Of a stretch of DNA of 64,000 bases, positions 34,482 to 47,558 are shown one piece after another. The stretch comes from Eledone cirrhosa. Taxonomy: Eukaryota. How positions within the stretch are numbered: the stretch's first letter is position 1; each line of letters starts with the position of its first letter. A program made the translations under genes and the position numbers. Under the pieces are notes generated by a model, which was not told where the DNA came from, made no database searches, and was given only the letters and a program-made list of their open reading frames with translations. Where the stretch lies: positions 558,001 to 622,000 of the forward strand of contig OZ024740.1 of NCBI GenBank assembly GCA_964016885.1, read 5' to 3'.

Positions 34482-35929
34482 TTAAGAGGTAGGTGGATTG
34501 GCAGTCTTTAGAGCATTGCACAAATGCTTAGTAGTATTTGTTACAGCTTTTTACATACTGAGTTCAAATGTTGCCATGGTTGACTTTGCCTTTCATCCTT
34601 CCAGTGTTGATGAAGGACCAGTAAAGAACTGGGTTGATATCATTGACTTTCCTTCCTCCCCCAAAATTGCTGGCCTGGTGTCTAAAGAAGCCATTATTGC
34701 AGTTTCAATGTTGCTGCTATAGAAACAACAACAAAAATGAAACAAAAAAGGAAAGAGAAAGAAGAAATAGAAAAAAGCATTAAGCAATAAAAGAAATGGA
34801 TGCAGGGAGGGACAGACTGTACACCCCAGTCTGAGTGGTAATTCTGCTGTGTCCTGCAGACAGAATGGTGAAGGCATTGCCAGTAAAAAATGCATTTGTG
34901 AGATGATCTTCTGGTTGAACAAAAGACAAAATGATAGAATAAAGTGAAATCATGCAAGAAAGACTGTCAATATCTATGTTTTTAATTTTGCCAGTTGCAT
35001 GGATAGCTGTGTGGATAAGACTTTGTCGGGAGAATGTGTATGTGTGTATGAATATTTGTGCCTGTGTATCTTTGAATTGGCACCACTTGATGTTTATGTC
35101 CTGCATAAACACTATGTGTTGCAATTCATCAGTTAAATTTTCAAGTCTCATACTTAAAAACGTGTAAGTATTGGGGCCAGGAAAGGCATCTGGCTATGGA
35201 ATACTGCCTCCAAAAGTCCTGTCCACCCTATGCTTAGAAAGACATGTAAAAACAATGATGGTGTTGGTGGTTACTGTATACTGGAGGGGGTGCTAGATTT
35301 CATTTCACTAAACCAATATGATTACAAATTGATTTTAGGCATTGATTTAATTGGATGTTTTTAGACAAACATTTGATTCATATATAAATCTTTTTAACTT
35401 ACATGTTTGTGAATTGATTCATTATATATATATATAACCCATGGTAGCGTGGAAATAGACGTTAAACGATGATGATGATATATATACATATATATATGCA
35501 CTCTTGTTTTATATTCCATAGATATATAAAAAGTAAACAGAAATAACAAAGCAAATGACATACACACACACACGCACACACACACACACACGCACACACA
35601 TACTGTTGTTTAGAAACATTGAAGGGTCTAAAATTTGATTAAAACACGTCCCTTTAGAGTTTCAATAGATGTTTCAAAAATTATATTTAATTTCATGGTT
35701 CAATTTATCTAAAATAAATTCAAAATAATTTGACATTTTTTCTTGTATTTTTTTTTTTATTGCATCAATTTATTTGATTACACAACAATTAAATTGATTT
35801 TTGGCCAGAGATTTCTGATAGAATTACATGACATTCATGTACATCTGAAGGACATAACTAGTGTAACTCATGTGATATGGATTCAGCTGGAAATTGAAAC
35901 TGGGTTGTAGATTCACTTTGCTCATCTCA

Positions 35930-36290
35930 CCAATGCTGGTGCCATGATAAAATGCACCCTGTGCACTCTGTAAAGTGATTGGAAAACAACCAGAAATATT
36001 ATAGAACTAGTAGACACTTTAGTCTTGCAGACAAAATGACAACCTCTCTAGAGCTAGGGCCATGATAAAATGCACCTGCACCTGGTACACTCTGTAAATT
36101 GGTTAGCAAACAACCCAAGGCAGTATAGAGTTGAGAAGACACTTTAGTTTTGCAGAGAACATGACAACTCTGTAATGTAATTAGCCAACAACCCAAGACA
36201 GTATAAGGTCAAGAATATACTTTAGTCTTATTGAAGACATTACAACTTCTCTAGTGCTGGTGCCATGATAAAATACACACAGTATACTGA
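35930..36290. repeat. degenerate ~3-copy tandem repeat of a SINE/RTE-tail-like segment
   Basis: GCCATGATAAAAT(G/A)CAC, CAACCCAAG and CACTTTAGT recur. Confidence 0.65.
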
Positions 36291-36464
36291 GTGTATTTTA
36301 CTGACGAAGATGTGGTCCTCTAACCCATCTAGGATGAGAAGAACTGAGATTTTAATAACCCACCCAACCCATCTCAGCATGGAAAAATGGATGATGAGGA
36401 TGATCCCTTTTTATAATTGAATTAATAATTCAAGTATTTATACCGTGTACTATTACTTATATTA

Positions 36465-37035
36465 CAGTAGAGTGTCGGACACCATGCTTTGCAGCATAGA
36501 ATTACATCCCTTTACGTTCTAAGTTCAAATCCCACCATGGTTAGCTTTGCCTTTCATCCTTACGAGGGTCGATAAAATAAAGTACCAGTAACACACTGGG
36601 GTTGATTTAATCAACTTTCCCCTTCCCAAAAATTGTTGTCTAAATCAGAAACCATTATTTATAAATAATGTGACGGATTGGCAGTATCGGTAGAGAGTCA
36701 GACGCCATGCTTTGACGCATAGAGTTACGGCCCTTGCCATTCTGAGTTCAAATCTCGCCGAGGTTAACTTTGCCTTTTATCCTTACCGGGTCGATAAAAT
36801 AAAGTACCAGTAATGCACTGGGTAATTACTAGCCTTGTGCCAAAAGTAGAAACAATTATTTATAAATAATTGTTTCTACTTTTGGTGCAAGGCCAGCAAT
36901 TATCCAAGTGCATTACTGATACTTTATTTTATCGACTCCGGCAGGATTTGAACTCAGATCAGAAAGGGGCGTAACTCTGTGCTACAAAACATGTTGTCCG
37001 ACCCTCTACCGATACTGCCAAACCACCACCCTCAA
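36465..37035. mobile_element. cluster of three family-B SINEs (+,+,-)
   Basis: Each separated by palindrome ATTATTTATAAATAAT at ~36654, ~36856, ~37035. Confidence 0.88.
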
Positions 37036-38969
37036 TTATTTATAAATAATGACCTGTGGTCAAGTAATTGACATTTTCTTACATGGAAATTTGTTTTCTA
37101 TATTTTTTACCAGAATCTTGAAAAGCTTTTAGAAATAAGCATCTGAAATAAGTCAATATGTCCCCACCACCACACTTTCATCCAATTTCTTACAAAGTAC
37201 TACATTAACAAAATCACTCTCTTTAACTCCTGCCTGAAACTATCTTCAGTTCTTGCAAAAAACTTTCTTGGTTTAAAGTGTTCATATACATATCTTTGTA
37301 TTATTAAATTAAAATCTGTCATAATAATTTTATGAAAGATCCTTTTGTTATGTTTCAAATATCAGCTTTATGGTAAAAGAAATTACTATATATACTCAAA
37401 TATAAGGCGAGGCATATGTGACCAAAAAATTGATGCTAGTAGGGCGGGGAACGGTCGGTTTATATCTGGGATCACTATTTTGACAATTTTCACCAACTTC
37501 AAATTCTATGTAAATAAAGTTTGGATTTTTGCCCATTTCTCAGGCATAAATTAGTGGAGTCAGCTTATATTTAAGTATATACAGTAATTATTTTACTAAA
37601 TTTCCTCAAATCATAGAGTATTTTCAAAATTAATTGAAACACATAGGAAGTGTATTTCAGTAGAAATATGGTCAGAAAATAGTTGAAACTTATATATTTA
37701 ACTAATATTTAATATTGCTTATCCTTTAACACTCAAACCAGCCATAACCGGCTGCTCATATTATGTTAAGATATACTCAAAATAAATAATATCAAAATCT
37801 TGTAAATTTGATATCATGTGAGATAAAGCCTTTACTGTGAAAATACAATAGTATATATAGAGTAATGTAAATTCTAAATGTTTAAGGCAGTGGATTGGCA
37901 GAATTACTAGAGCTTCAGATTAAATGCTAGATTCTGAGTTCGAAACCCACTAAAGTCAACTTTAGTGTTAAGCTGTTATGCTCTTTGTTTTGCTTTTTGG
38001 TTTTTTCATTTGATAAATATCAGTATCCAGGGACAGGCTTACCTTGTTTTGGAAGGGAACTTTGTGACATACAGATTCCTCAGATTAACAAATTAATAAA
38101 AACTATAATAGAGATACTAACAGTTTAAAGTATAGGTGTCATGACAAAAAGCATCCAGACCACACTGTAAAGTGGTCATGTTGGTGTCCACACTTTAACG
38201 TGGTTGTGTAGGTGTCACAAGAAAAAGCACCCAGTACTCAATGTAAATGTGGTTGGCGTTAGGAAAGGCATCCAGCTGTAGAAACCAAGTCAAAATCTGT
38301 TCTGAATGATCAAGACATGGTCATCTGACCTCAACTTGGCTCAAAGAAGATAACCCGTCTAACCCATGCTAGCATGGAAAATGGACATTAAATGGTGGTG
38401 GCGGTGCAGCAGCAGCACAAACAGAAAGTTCAGGCTGGCAAGGGAATGTTTGAAATATAAATTTTAAAATATCATCCAGCTGGTGCTCCTTGGCAAAGAG
38501 TTATATAAAAGTACATACTGAAAACACATTATAAACAGTTCCTCTACTTATTACTATCACAATATATCATGGACAACAATACTAAGTGGTAAATTGACAG
38601 TCATTAGAGTGTAGGACATCCCTTGAGGTGTTCATTCTGGCTCTCTCTCATCTCAATTAAGGTGTGCCTGTCAAGCATTTGAGACAAGTCTCCTGTTTGA
38701 AGGTACCTTCCCTCCTCTCTTTCCCTCTCTCCCAACTTCTCCCCACCCTTCCCACTTTCTCTCTCCCCCACTCCCTCTTTCTCCTCCTTTCTCTCCCTCT
38801 TTCCCCCACTCCCTCTTTCTCCTCCTTTCTCTCCCTCTTTCCCCCTTTCTCCTCCATCTCTTGCACCCCCTCTCCCAGGCTCTGATAAAGGTCATGGCTA
38901 CTGTCCTTTTCTCTCATTGAGGGATAAAACCAACCAACAAACAATACACTAGAAGTGCTGTACAGCAGA

Positions 38970-39052
38970 GTAGGGGGTATGGCCCCTTGAGTAGGGGGTA
39001 GTAGCCCCTTGAGTAGAGGGTAGTGGTCTCTTGAGTAGGGAGTAGTTGTCCC
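38970..39052. repeat. 21-22 bp minisatellite x4
   Basis: GTAGGGGGTAGTAGCCCCTTGA-like unit. Confidence 0.8.
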
Positions 39053-40164
39053 TAAAGTAACAGAAATATTGACATATTTGGGGACTTGTCTACCCAACAA
39101 CTTACAGTATGTAAGAAACTGTAATTTAGTAGAAAACCTAACATCTTTCTATTCAGTACCTCACAAATTGATAGTGTTTCTTTCTTGCCAAGGTACATAA
39201 AGTCTCTTTCTATCTCTAAAAATGTTATATTTTGGCAGCCATTCAATAACAATGCAGTCAGATTGTATATTCCAGTTTTTATTTTAGTTTTCTCAATGCA
39301 AAATTCCTAGAATTTGTTAAAACCAATCTAGCATATTGATTTTCTCTCAATAAGCACTCAGCTGCTGCACTGTTAATATTCCACTAGTTGAGTGATTGAG
39401 ATGCAGAGGTCAACAGTTCAAAACCCTGCCACAGTTTATATTCTGTTCTTAGCTAAAACACTTCAGCTCACCGAGCTCCTTCATGGGTAAGTAGTTTATC
39501 AAAGAATCATCTACTTCACTATTTCATACAACTACCTGCATTTTCAAGAATGAATCAGCTAACTCTTCTAACCTCCTCCTCCTTCTTCGTTTTCTTGAGA
39601 GGATGATGAGGGCAGAGTCCTCAAGCACTCATTCCAGCAGGTCATGTCAGAGCAGCCATCTTCAACTGATCCATCTGGATTCCCAAGCAAGGCCAGCCAA
39701 GCTCATGGATGTTATACAACCATCTTGCTTGTGATCTACACCTGGGTCTCTTGTTGGTTGGTTTTTCCTTTAAAATCAATCTTGCACATCTCTCCTGAGA
39801 CATTCTAACCACATGCTCATAATATCTCAATTCAGAGAAGTAGCAGCTCTACCTGAAGAAACTCTCTGATCTCCGAGCTATGCACTTTATTGAGTAATGT
39901 TACTCCGAAGACTCTTTGGAGGAACCCCATTTCAGCTGTTTGTGTTATGTATTAACTCTTAATTCCCTGTACTGCATGAAACCACATTAGCAAAACATTT
40001 ATGACAGGTATAAAACAGCACTATGACTGCATCTCATTAGAAATTAAAATCTTTACAAATGTTCAGAACAATTTTATGTCTAATAGTGAAAATATGAACA
40101 TTTTAATTTACAAAACCATTTTTAAATATATTCTGCTAAATCATTGTACTACCCTCCTCATCAT

Positions 40165-40655
40165 CATTATCGTTTTTATGTCTGTTTTTCCATACTTGCA
40201 TGGGTTGGAGAGGTCTTTTCAATGCAGTATCTCTCCATTCACTGCATTTCTTTGCCATCTTCTCTGTGAGTCTCAGCAATTTGAGGTCAGCTCTCACTAC
40301 CTCTGCCTAGGTCTTTCTTGGTCTACCTTTACTCTGGCTTCCTTCCACTCGGGTTTACTGGCACCCATTAATCATCATCCATGCACATCACATGTCCATA
40401 CCAATGTAATCTTTTCTCCTGCACACCACTTCAGATTCCTCTTAAAGCCAGCTTCTCCAGTCTTCACATGTCTTCTGCAGTACTATGAGCCAGTCTTCAC
40501 ATGTCTTCTGCAGTACTATGAGCCAGTCTTCACATGTCTTCTGCAGTACTATGAGCCGGTCTTCACATGTCTTCTGCAGTACTATGAGCCGGTCTTCACA
40601 TGTCTTCTGCAGTACTATGAGCCAGTCTTCACATGTCTTCTGCAGTACTATGAGT
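40165..40655 (-). mobile_element. degenerate RTE 3' fragment ending in a 33-bp minisatellite x6 (40457-40655)
   Basis: CACATGTCCATACCAA..TCTCCTGCACACC, as in the 1-689 unit; then CCAGTCTTCACATGTCTTCTGCAGTACTATGAG x6. Confidence 0.8.
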
Positions 40656-41674
40656 TAAATTGAGTAGTGTTTTCAATGGTGTGTTTCAATAGGACAGGAG
40701 CCTCAATCATTAAAGATGCTCATGAGACCTCATATGAGTTTACAGCAGGTATTGCATGTAACAATAATACCTCCTATCAGATACAACTTTGTGTAAATCT
40801 ACGTATGTATGACATGTAACAACAACATGAACCACAACAATACCTAAGCAGTCATAAAAACAGACATGTTGACATTTTGAACTACCTTTTAACCCATTAT
40901 CGTTTAAACCGGGGTGCAGTGGGGGGGGGGGGGGGGGGGGCGTATCCAGCCAAAATTCTCTCATACTGATATTAAGATATTGTTCCCAAAATAAATAATA
41001 TCAAAATCTTGTAGATTCAATATTATGTGAGATAAAGCTTTTACCATGAAAATATAATAGTATATTAACGAGTTAATCTATGTAGACATTCCAGATTTTA
41101 TGAGTGTAAAATTTCAAATTAATTACTGGTATTTGTTCTAAAATAAAATAGTATATTTTATTAGATTGGTTCAAATAAAATTGTTTCTACTTTTGGCACA
41201 AGGCCAGCAATTATCCCCAGTGCATTACTGGTGCTTTATTTTATCAACCCTGTAAGGATGAAAGGCAAAGCTAACCTCGGCAGGATTTGAACTCAGAATG
41301 TAAAGAGCCATAACTCTATGCAGCTAAGCATGTTGTCCGACGCTCCACTGATTCTGCCAAACCAACACCCTATTGGTTCAAATATAATAAAAGTTAAATT
41401 TTTATATAGTTAATTATATTTTTTCAAGATATTTGGCATTGAAATATGAAATACACTGGTTTTGTATTGAAATAATGGGACTTTTATTATCAGATTAAAA
41501 GTGTGTGTGTATTTTCATATATATGCATGAGTATGTGTAAGCATGCATGTGTGCGTCTGTGAATATATATATGCATGTATGTGTGTGTGTATGTATTTGA
41601 CCCAGTGTTGGGTCATTTTCCATTTAATAACATATCTACTACATCTTTTATTCACCTACTCATTGCAGTGCGCG

Positions 41675-41727
<53 letters not shown>

Positions 41728-42579
41728 AACCCAGAAGGCAAGCTTCTTTATAGTTGCTCAACCTGATAGAAATGGCAGCTAACTCTTCCGCAAATCCTAC
41801 CCTATCATCTTTAGGAGACATTGCAATATGCATTCCAAGATAGATGGGATGGTAGAATACACAAGATGGTAGTTCATTGATTATATGTCTCTGTTACTCT
41901 TTTACATGTCTCAGCCAACAGGCTGTGGCCATGCTGGGGCACCACCATTAGCTTCAACCACAAATGTTGAACTTAAAATCGTTAGCTGAAAATTCTATAT
42001 TAGGAATGCACATATTATATAAGTTGACGCCCCCCCCCCCCTTTCTAACATACATGGTGTCTGTCCTAGAGACGTTCTGAGGTATACTATAGTAAAATAC
42101 AGCTGTAAATTATATTCATTGATGACAATCCTTGGGTTATTCTGACGACTATATTACACAAACTATGTATGGTAAAACATGGTTATACACCTTTATAGAA
42201 ATAGTGTATATATATATATGTATATCATTATCATCATCATTTTACGTCCGCTTTTCCCTGCTTGCAAGGGTGGGACGGGAACTGATTCTGGCTTGATTTC
42301 TACAGCTGGATGCCCTTCTTAACACCAACCTCATTTACAGTGAGTGCTGGGTGCTTTTTTGCCGTGGCACCTCCACGACCACTTTGCAGTGGAATGATAT
42401 GAACCCCAGTCCCTATCATCTCATTTCTACAGCTGAGTAAACTGGAGCAATGTGAAATAAAGTGTCTTGCTCAAGGAAACAACACATCACCTGGTCTGAG
42501 AATTGAACTCACAACCTTTCGATTGCAAGGCCAATGCTCTAACCACTAAGCCATGTGCCTCCAATATATATATATATAT

Positions 42580-43950
42580 ATGGTGGCTGCCAACTCGTTT
42601 TCGAGTACGGCCACTACTTTATATCCATGTAGGAGAACCCCTACCGATGCGTTGAATGAGTGTGGCTTTTTAATCCAGCCAGCGACTTGAAAACTCTGGT
42701 ACAGACACTACACTATATACATACATACATACATACATACATGGTGGCTGCCAACTCGTTTTCGAGTATGGCCACTACTTTATATCCATGTAGAACTCCT
42801 ACTGATGCGCTGAACGAGTGTGACTTTTTAGTCCAGCCAGCGACTTGAAAACTCTGGTACAAACATTACACTTGTGACAATTATTGACACATAGTGCTGG
42901 GCCCATGGTACCATGTGACGACAAGTGCAGAGAGATCTCCAGACATAAAGCAATGCCTGTGCCGTGAAGCTTTTATAGTGAGCAAAAGCATTGCACAAAG
43001 CCAGTCCCACTCTCTTAACCAAGATGTTATTTACCAAAAAGAAGAACAAGTCAACATCATTGGATACCATCAGAGTTGCAGGTGTTATATCAGAGTTTTC
43101 CTTCTCCTAGAATTCTGCCTTGACAAAGGCTAAGGGGTCATCTCTCCCAGTGATTTTGGATGGCCATTGACTCTTAAGAGCTCCTTTGCCCTTTGACAGG
43201 TTTTGTTTTTAGTCCTGCAGGATGTCCAAGGTCACCCTCCTCACCAAGAAACCTTGGTGGGTTGCCAGTTTAGTCGCCAACGACCCAACCATGAGACAGG
43301 TTGTACTGGGATACATGTTACCAGTAGCACCAACTGGTGACCTGACAGACATACATACATACATACATACATACATACATGCATGCATGCATGCATGCAT
43401 GCATGGTGATTGCCAACTCGTTTTCGAGTACGGCCACTACTTTATATCCATGTTGGAGAACCCCTACCGATGCGCTGAACGAGTGTGACTTTTCAGTCCA
43501 GCCAGCGACTTGAATACTCTGGTACAAACACTACACTTGTGACAATTACTGACACATAGTGCTGGGCCCATGGTACCATGTGATGACAAGTGCAGAGAGA
43601 TCTCCAGATATAAAGCAATGCCTGTGCCGTAAAGCTTTTATAGTGAGCAAAGGCACTGCACAAAGCCAGTCCCACTCTCTTAACCAAGATGATATTTACC
43701 AAAAAGAAGAACAAGTCAACATCATTGGATACCATCAGGGTTGCAGGTGTTATATCAGAGTTTTCCTTCTCCTAGAATTCTGCCTTGACAAAGGCTAAGG
43801 GGTCATCTCTCCCGGTGATTTTGGATGGCCATTGACACTTAAGAGTTCCTTTGCTCTTTGACAGGTTTTTTTTCAGGTCGTTGGCGACTAAACTGGCAAC
43901 CCCACCAAGGTTTCTTGGTGAGGAGGGTGACTTTGGACATCCTGCAGGAC
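42580..43950 (-). mobile_element. three tandem non-autonomous RTE-derived elements (42580-42712 truncated, 42741-43350, 43403-43950)
   Basis: 5' part with GGAGAAGGAAAACTCTGA (RTE 5'UTR-type motif, from recall); 3' part encodes C2H2 remnant CSVCTRVFKSLAGLKSHTRSAH*; 3' hairpin CTCGAAAACGAG; microsatellite tails. Confidence 0.78.
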
Positions 43951-43984
43951 ATACATACATATATATATACATACATACATATAT

Positions 43985-45606
43985 ATCATCATCAACGTTT
44001 AACGTCCGTGTTCCACGCTTGCATGGGTTTGGACGGGGGTAGTCCCACTTGAGGCAAGAGTGATTGTCTTGCTCGCATAGGACTGTCTGGCAGGTTTTCT
44101 ACAGTTGGATGCCCTTCCTAACACCAACCACATTTACAGTGTGGGTCTGGGAGGTTTTTACCGTGTTGCCTACACGGCCACATTACAGCGTGGACTGTGT
44201 GTTTTTTTGTTGTGACACCTACACAATCTCATTTGTTTCGGCCTGGATGGCGCGGCACCAACATAACTTTACATAGAACGGGGTGGTGTGGATGGGGTGG
44301 GGATGGTGGTGGTGGGACGGGGTGTATTTTGTTAGAGATGCCTACTGGCTGTAGTAGGTTTTACTATGTATTTAGGTAAGGCGGGTCTTCTCTGTTACTG
44401 AGTACCGCCAAAGGTCTCGGTCCAGTGACATTGTCTTGGAGAGGTGTAAGTGTGTGAGGTCGGAGTTTATCAGCTCGTCCCAGGTTTTTCTAGGTCTGCC
44501 TATTCCGTGGCTACCGTCTATCTTTATTGCCCTGCACTTTGTTATACAGCTATCGACTTTCATGCGCATCACGTGTCCATACCAACGAAACCTCTCGAGT
44601 AAACAACATCTGATCCCTCTTATTTCTAATTTTTTCCTTAGTTCGTTTATGCTTTGCCGTTCACGTATATTACTGTTACACATCCAGCAGAGCATGCAAG
44701 CTTCGTTCCTCTCTAGTCTGCGTATATCCTCTGCACACAATGCCCAGGTCTCACTGCCATGCAACATTGCTGTTCGTATGCAGGCATCGTACAACCTGCC
44801 TTTCATTTTTAGGGAGAACCCTTTAGCAGCTAATAGTGGTATAAGCTCTCTGAACTTTTTCCAACCAGTTCTGACTCTAGCTACTGTACTTTCAGAGCAC
44901 CCTCCCCCACTGCTGATTTTATCGCCCAGGTAACGGAAGCTGCCCACTATTTCTATAGAACCCTCTGCGCAATTGAAAGAGCTAGTATTTTGTGGGCACT
45001 TGCTGCTACTTATTGCACCAGAGCACCGGCCACATGTAAAATCTATGTTCTTAGTTAGCTTACCTGTGATCCCACTACATCTTTTATGCACCCATACTTT
45101 GCATTTAGGACATAAAATGGAGTTTCTACCTACGCCTTTCCTACACACTGAGCATGACCATTTCCCAGAAGGGACCGCCGCCTTATTTTCTTTCCTACAA
45201 ACTAGAACTTTAGTCTTAGCCAGGTTAATTTTAAGTCCTTTTGATTCTAGGCCGTGCTTCCATGTTTGGAATTTCTTCTCTAGCTCGGCCATTGATTCAG
45301 CTATGAGTGTCAGGTCGTCTGCGTATAGGAGTTCCCATGGGCAGCCGGTCTTGAACTCCTCTGTTATAGCCTGAAGGGCAATAATAAATAGTAGGGGGCT
45401 GAGAACAGAGCCCTGATGGACGCCAACTTTTACGCTAAACTCTTCACTATATTCGTTGTTAATTCTAACCTTGCTGGCTGTTTCTTTATACATGGCTTGT
45501 ATAGCTCTCACAAGCCATTCGTCAACACCTAGTTTTCTAAGAGCCCACCAGATAATGGAGCGGGGGACTCTGTCGAAGGCTTTCTCCACGTTGACAAAAG
45601 CTAAGT
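43985..45606 (-). mobile_element. 5'-truncated RTE LINE, same family as 26263-30276
   Basis: 405-aa ORF near-identical to the RT/PHD/C-terminus of 26820 ORF; full 3'UTR. Confidence 0.95.
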
Positions 45607-45639
45607 AGATATATATATATGTTGTATATATGTATATAT

Positions 45640-46606
45640 GTATGTTGTGGTACCAACATAACTTTACATAGAAAGGGGGTGGTGTGGATGGGGTGGGGGT
45701 ATTTCCAGTTCGAAATAAATGGTCGTGTAGGTGTCACGACAAAAAAACACACAGTCCACGCTGTAATGTGGCCGTGTAGGTAACACGGTAAAAACCTCCC
45801 AGTCCACACTGTAAACGTGGTTGGTGTTAGGAAGGGCATCCAGCTGTAGAAAACCCGCCAGACAGTCCTATACGAGCAAGACAACCAATCTTGCCTCAAG
45901 TGGGAAAACTCCCATCCAAAACCATGCAAGCGTGGAAGATGGACGTTAAACGATGATGGTGATGATGACAAACAGCAAAGCGTAAACGAACTAAATGAGA
46001 AATTAGGCATAAGAGGGATCAGATGCAGTTTACTAGAGAGAAGATTGCGTTGGTATGGTCATGTGATGCATATGAAGGACAACAGCTGTATAAAAAAAGT
46101 GCAGGGCAATCAAAATTGATGGAAGCTATGGAGTAGGTAGACCCAGAAAAACCTGGGATGAGGTGATAAAAGCTGACCTGGCACACTCTAATCTCTCTAA
46201 GACAATGACACAGGATCGATATCTTTAGCACTATGCAGGAATGCAGAAGACCCGCTTCCCCTTGTGCACGGACTTAAACTTATACTCAGGAGACACTTCT
46301 TAATCCAATATACACCCCACACCTACACCTTCCTCCCATTTCCACCCACACCACCTTTACTCTGTAAAGTAATGTTGGTACCACAAAGCACCCAGCCCAC
46401 ACTGTAAAGTGGTTGTGTAGGAGACACAGTAAAAAGAACCCAGCTCACACTGACAATGTGGTTGGTGTTAGGAAGGGCATCCAGCCATAGAAATCTGGCC
46501 AGAAACAGTTCTATATGGGCGAGACTCGGTCACCTGACCCAACTTGCCTCAAATAGGACAAACCTGTCGAACCCATGCTAGTGTGCAAGATAGACGTTAA
46601 ACGATG
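45640..46606 (+). mobile_element. two RTE 3' fragments (rearranged 3'UTR 45640-45968; diverged subfamily 45970-46606)
   Basis: ERRLRWYGHV and GRPRKTW coding plus shared 3' tail. Confidence 0.85.
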
Positions 46607-46656
46607 ATATATATTGTAAAACATGGTCATACACCTTTATAGAAATAATAAATATA

Positions 46657-47018
46657 TCTTTATATATATAAAAGCGAGGATGTGTGTGTGTCTGTGTACA
46701 ACTTTGCATACGTAAGGCTTTTACAATTACCAACTGAATTTGACCAAATTTTCTGTGCACGTTGCACAGGTCACTAAGATTGTCACATCACAAACATTTT
46801 TCAAATCGACCCACGTTGAGCAATAAAAAATCGATATCAAAATTGATGTAAGGGAGATAACCAACTTTATTGACAATCCTTATAAAAAAGGGAGATAACC
46901 AACTTTATTGACAGAAATATAAACATCAGATTCATTTGAAGATAAATCACTAATCGTTTGTTTCTTGTTTATTCTTTGTTGCATTCAAACCCCGGGCAAC
47001 GCCGGGTAAATCTGCTAG
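46657..47018 (+). mobile_element. non-autonomous Helitron, 362 bp
   Basis: Starts TC(TTTATATATATAAAAG); GC hairpin CCCGGGCAACGCCGGG just before terminal CTAG; inserted between A|T with no TSD; removal restores the minisatellite unit. Confidence 0.92.
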
Positions 47019-47211
47019 TACCATATATAGTAGAACATGATTAGACACCTTGACAGCAATAATATATATACCATATACAGTGATACCTTGAGATACGAGT
47101 GAACTGACATACAAGTTTTTTGAGATACAAGCCATCACTCGGCTAATTTTTTGCCTTGTGATACGAGCTGAGTTTTGAGATTCGAGCTACGAGCTAGCGG
47201 CTTCCTGAGAG

Positions 47212-47446
47212 GGGGTGCAGAATTAATTTCGCTCGGTGAACCCCAACGAAAGTTACTCCCGTCGTTTATATCTGTAAAGTGACTAAAGATTAAAACAAAT
47301 GTAATATAATTACGGTTAGGGTTGAATTAACCCTAAATAATAACCCTAACCGTAAATATATTACATTTGTTTTAGTCAATTTACGGATATAAACGATGGG
47401 AGTAACTTTCGTTGGGGTTCACCGGGCAAAATTAATTCAGTAACCC
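47212..47446. mobile_element. foldback MITE with 8-bp TSD inside the Tigger 5' region
   Basis: TSD CCTGAGAG at 47204-47211 and 47447-47454; ~110-bp inverted arms; GGG termini; central TTAGGG/CCCTAA. Confidence 0.88.
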
Positions 47447-47558
47447 CCTGAGAGCGGTCAGTCCACATGGTAACCTCGGTGCGCGAGCATCTCTGTTGTG
47501 TTACTGTTGTGATTTTAGTTGCTTTTGGTTTATTTCGATAAAAATCTTAGTTTCAACC

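Noticed and set aside
40920-40940. Poly-G run as a functional G-quadruplex
   Set aside because: Homopolymer expansion inside a degenerate MITE; length unreliable and similar runs are scattered elsewhere
43212-43350. HDV-like ribozyme at the 5' end of the bipartite RTE element
   Set aside because: Some parts are present (TCC loop, CTAA, CCAGTT/AACTGG) but I could not build the nested double pseudoknot by eye; needs an RNArobo/Infernal test
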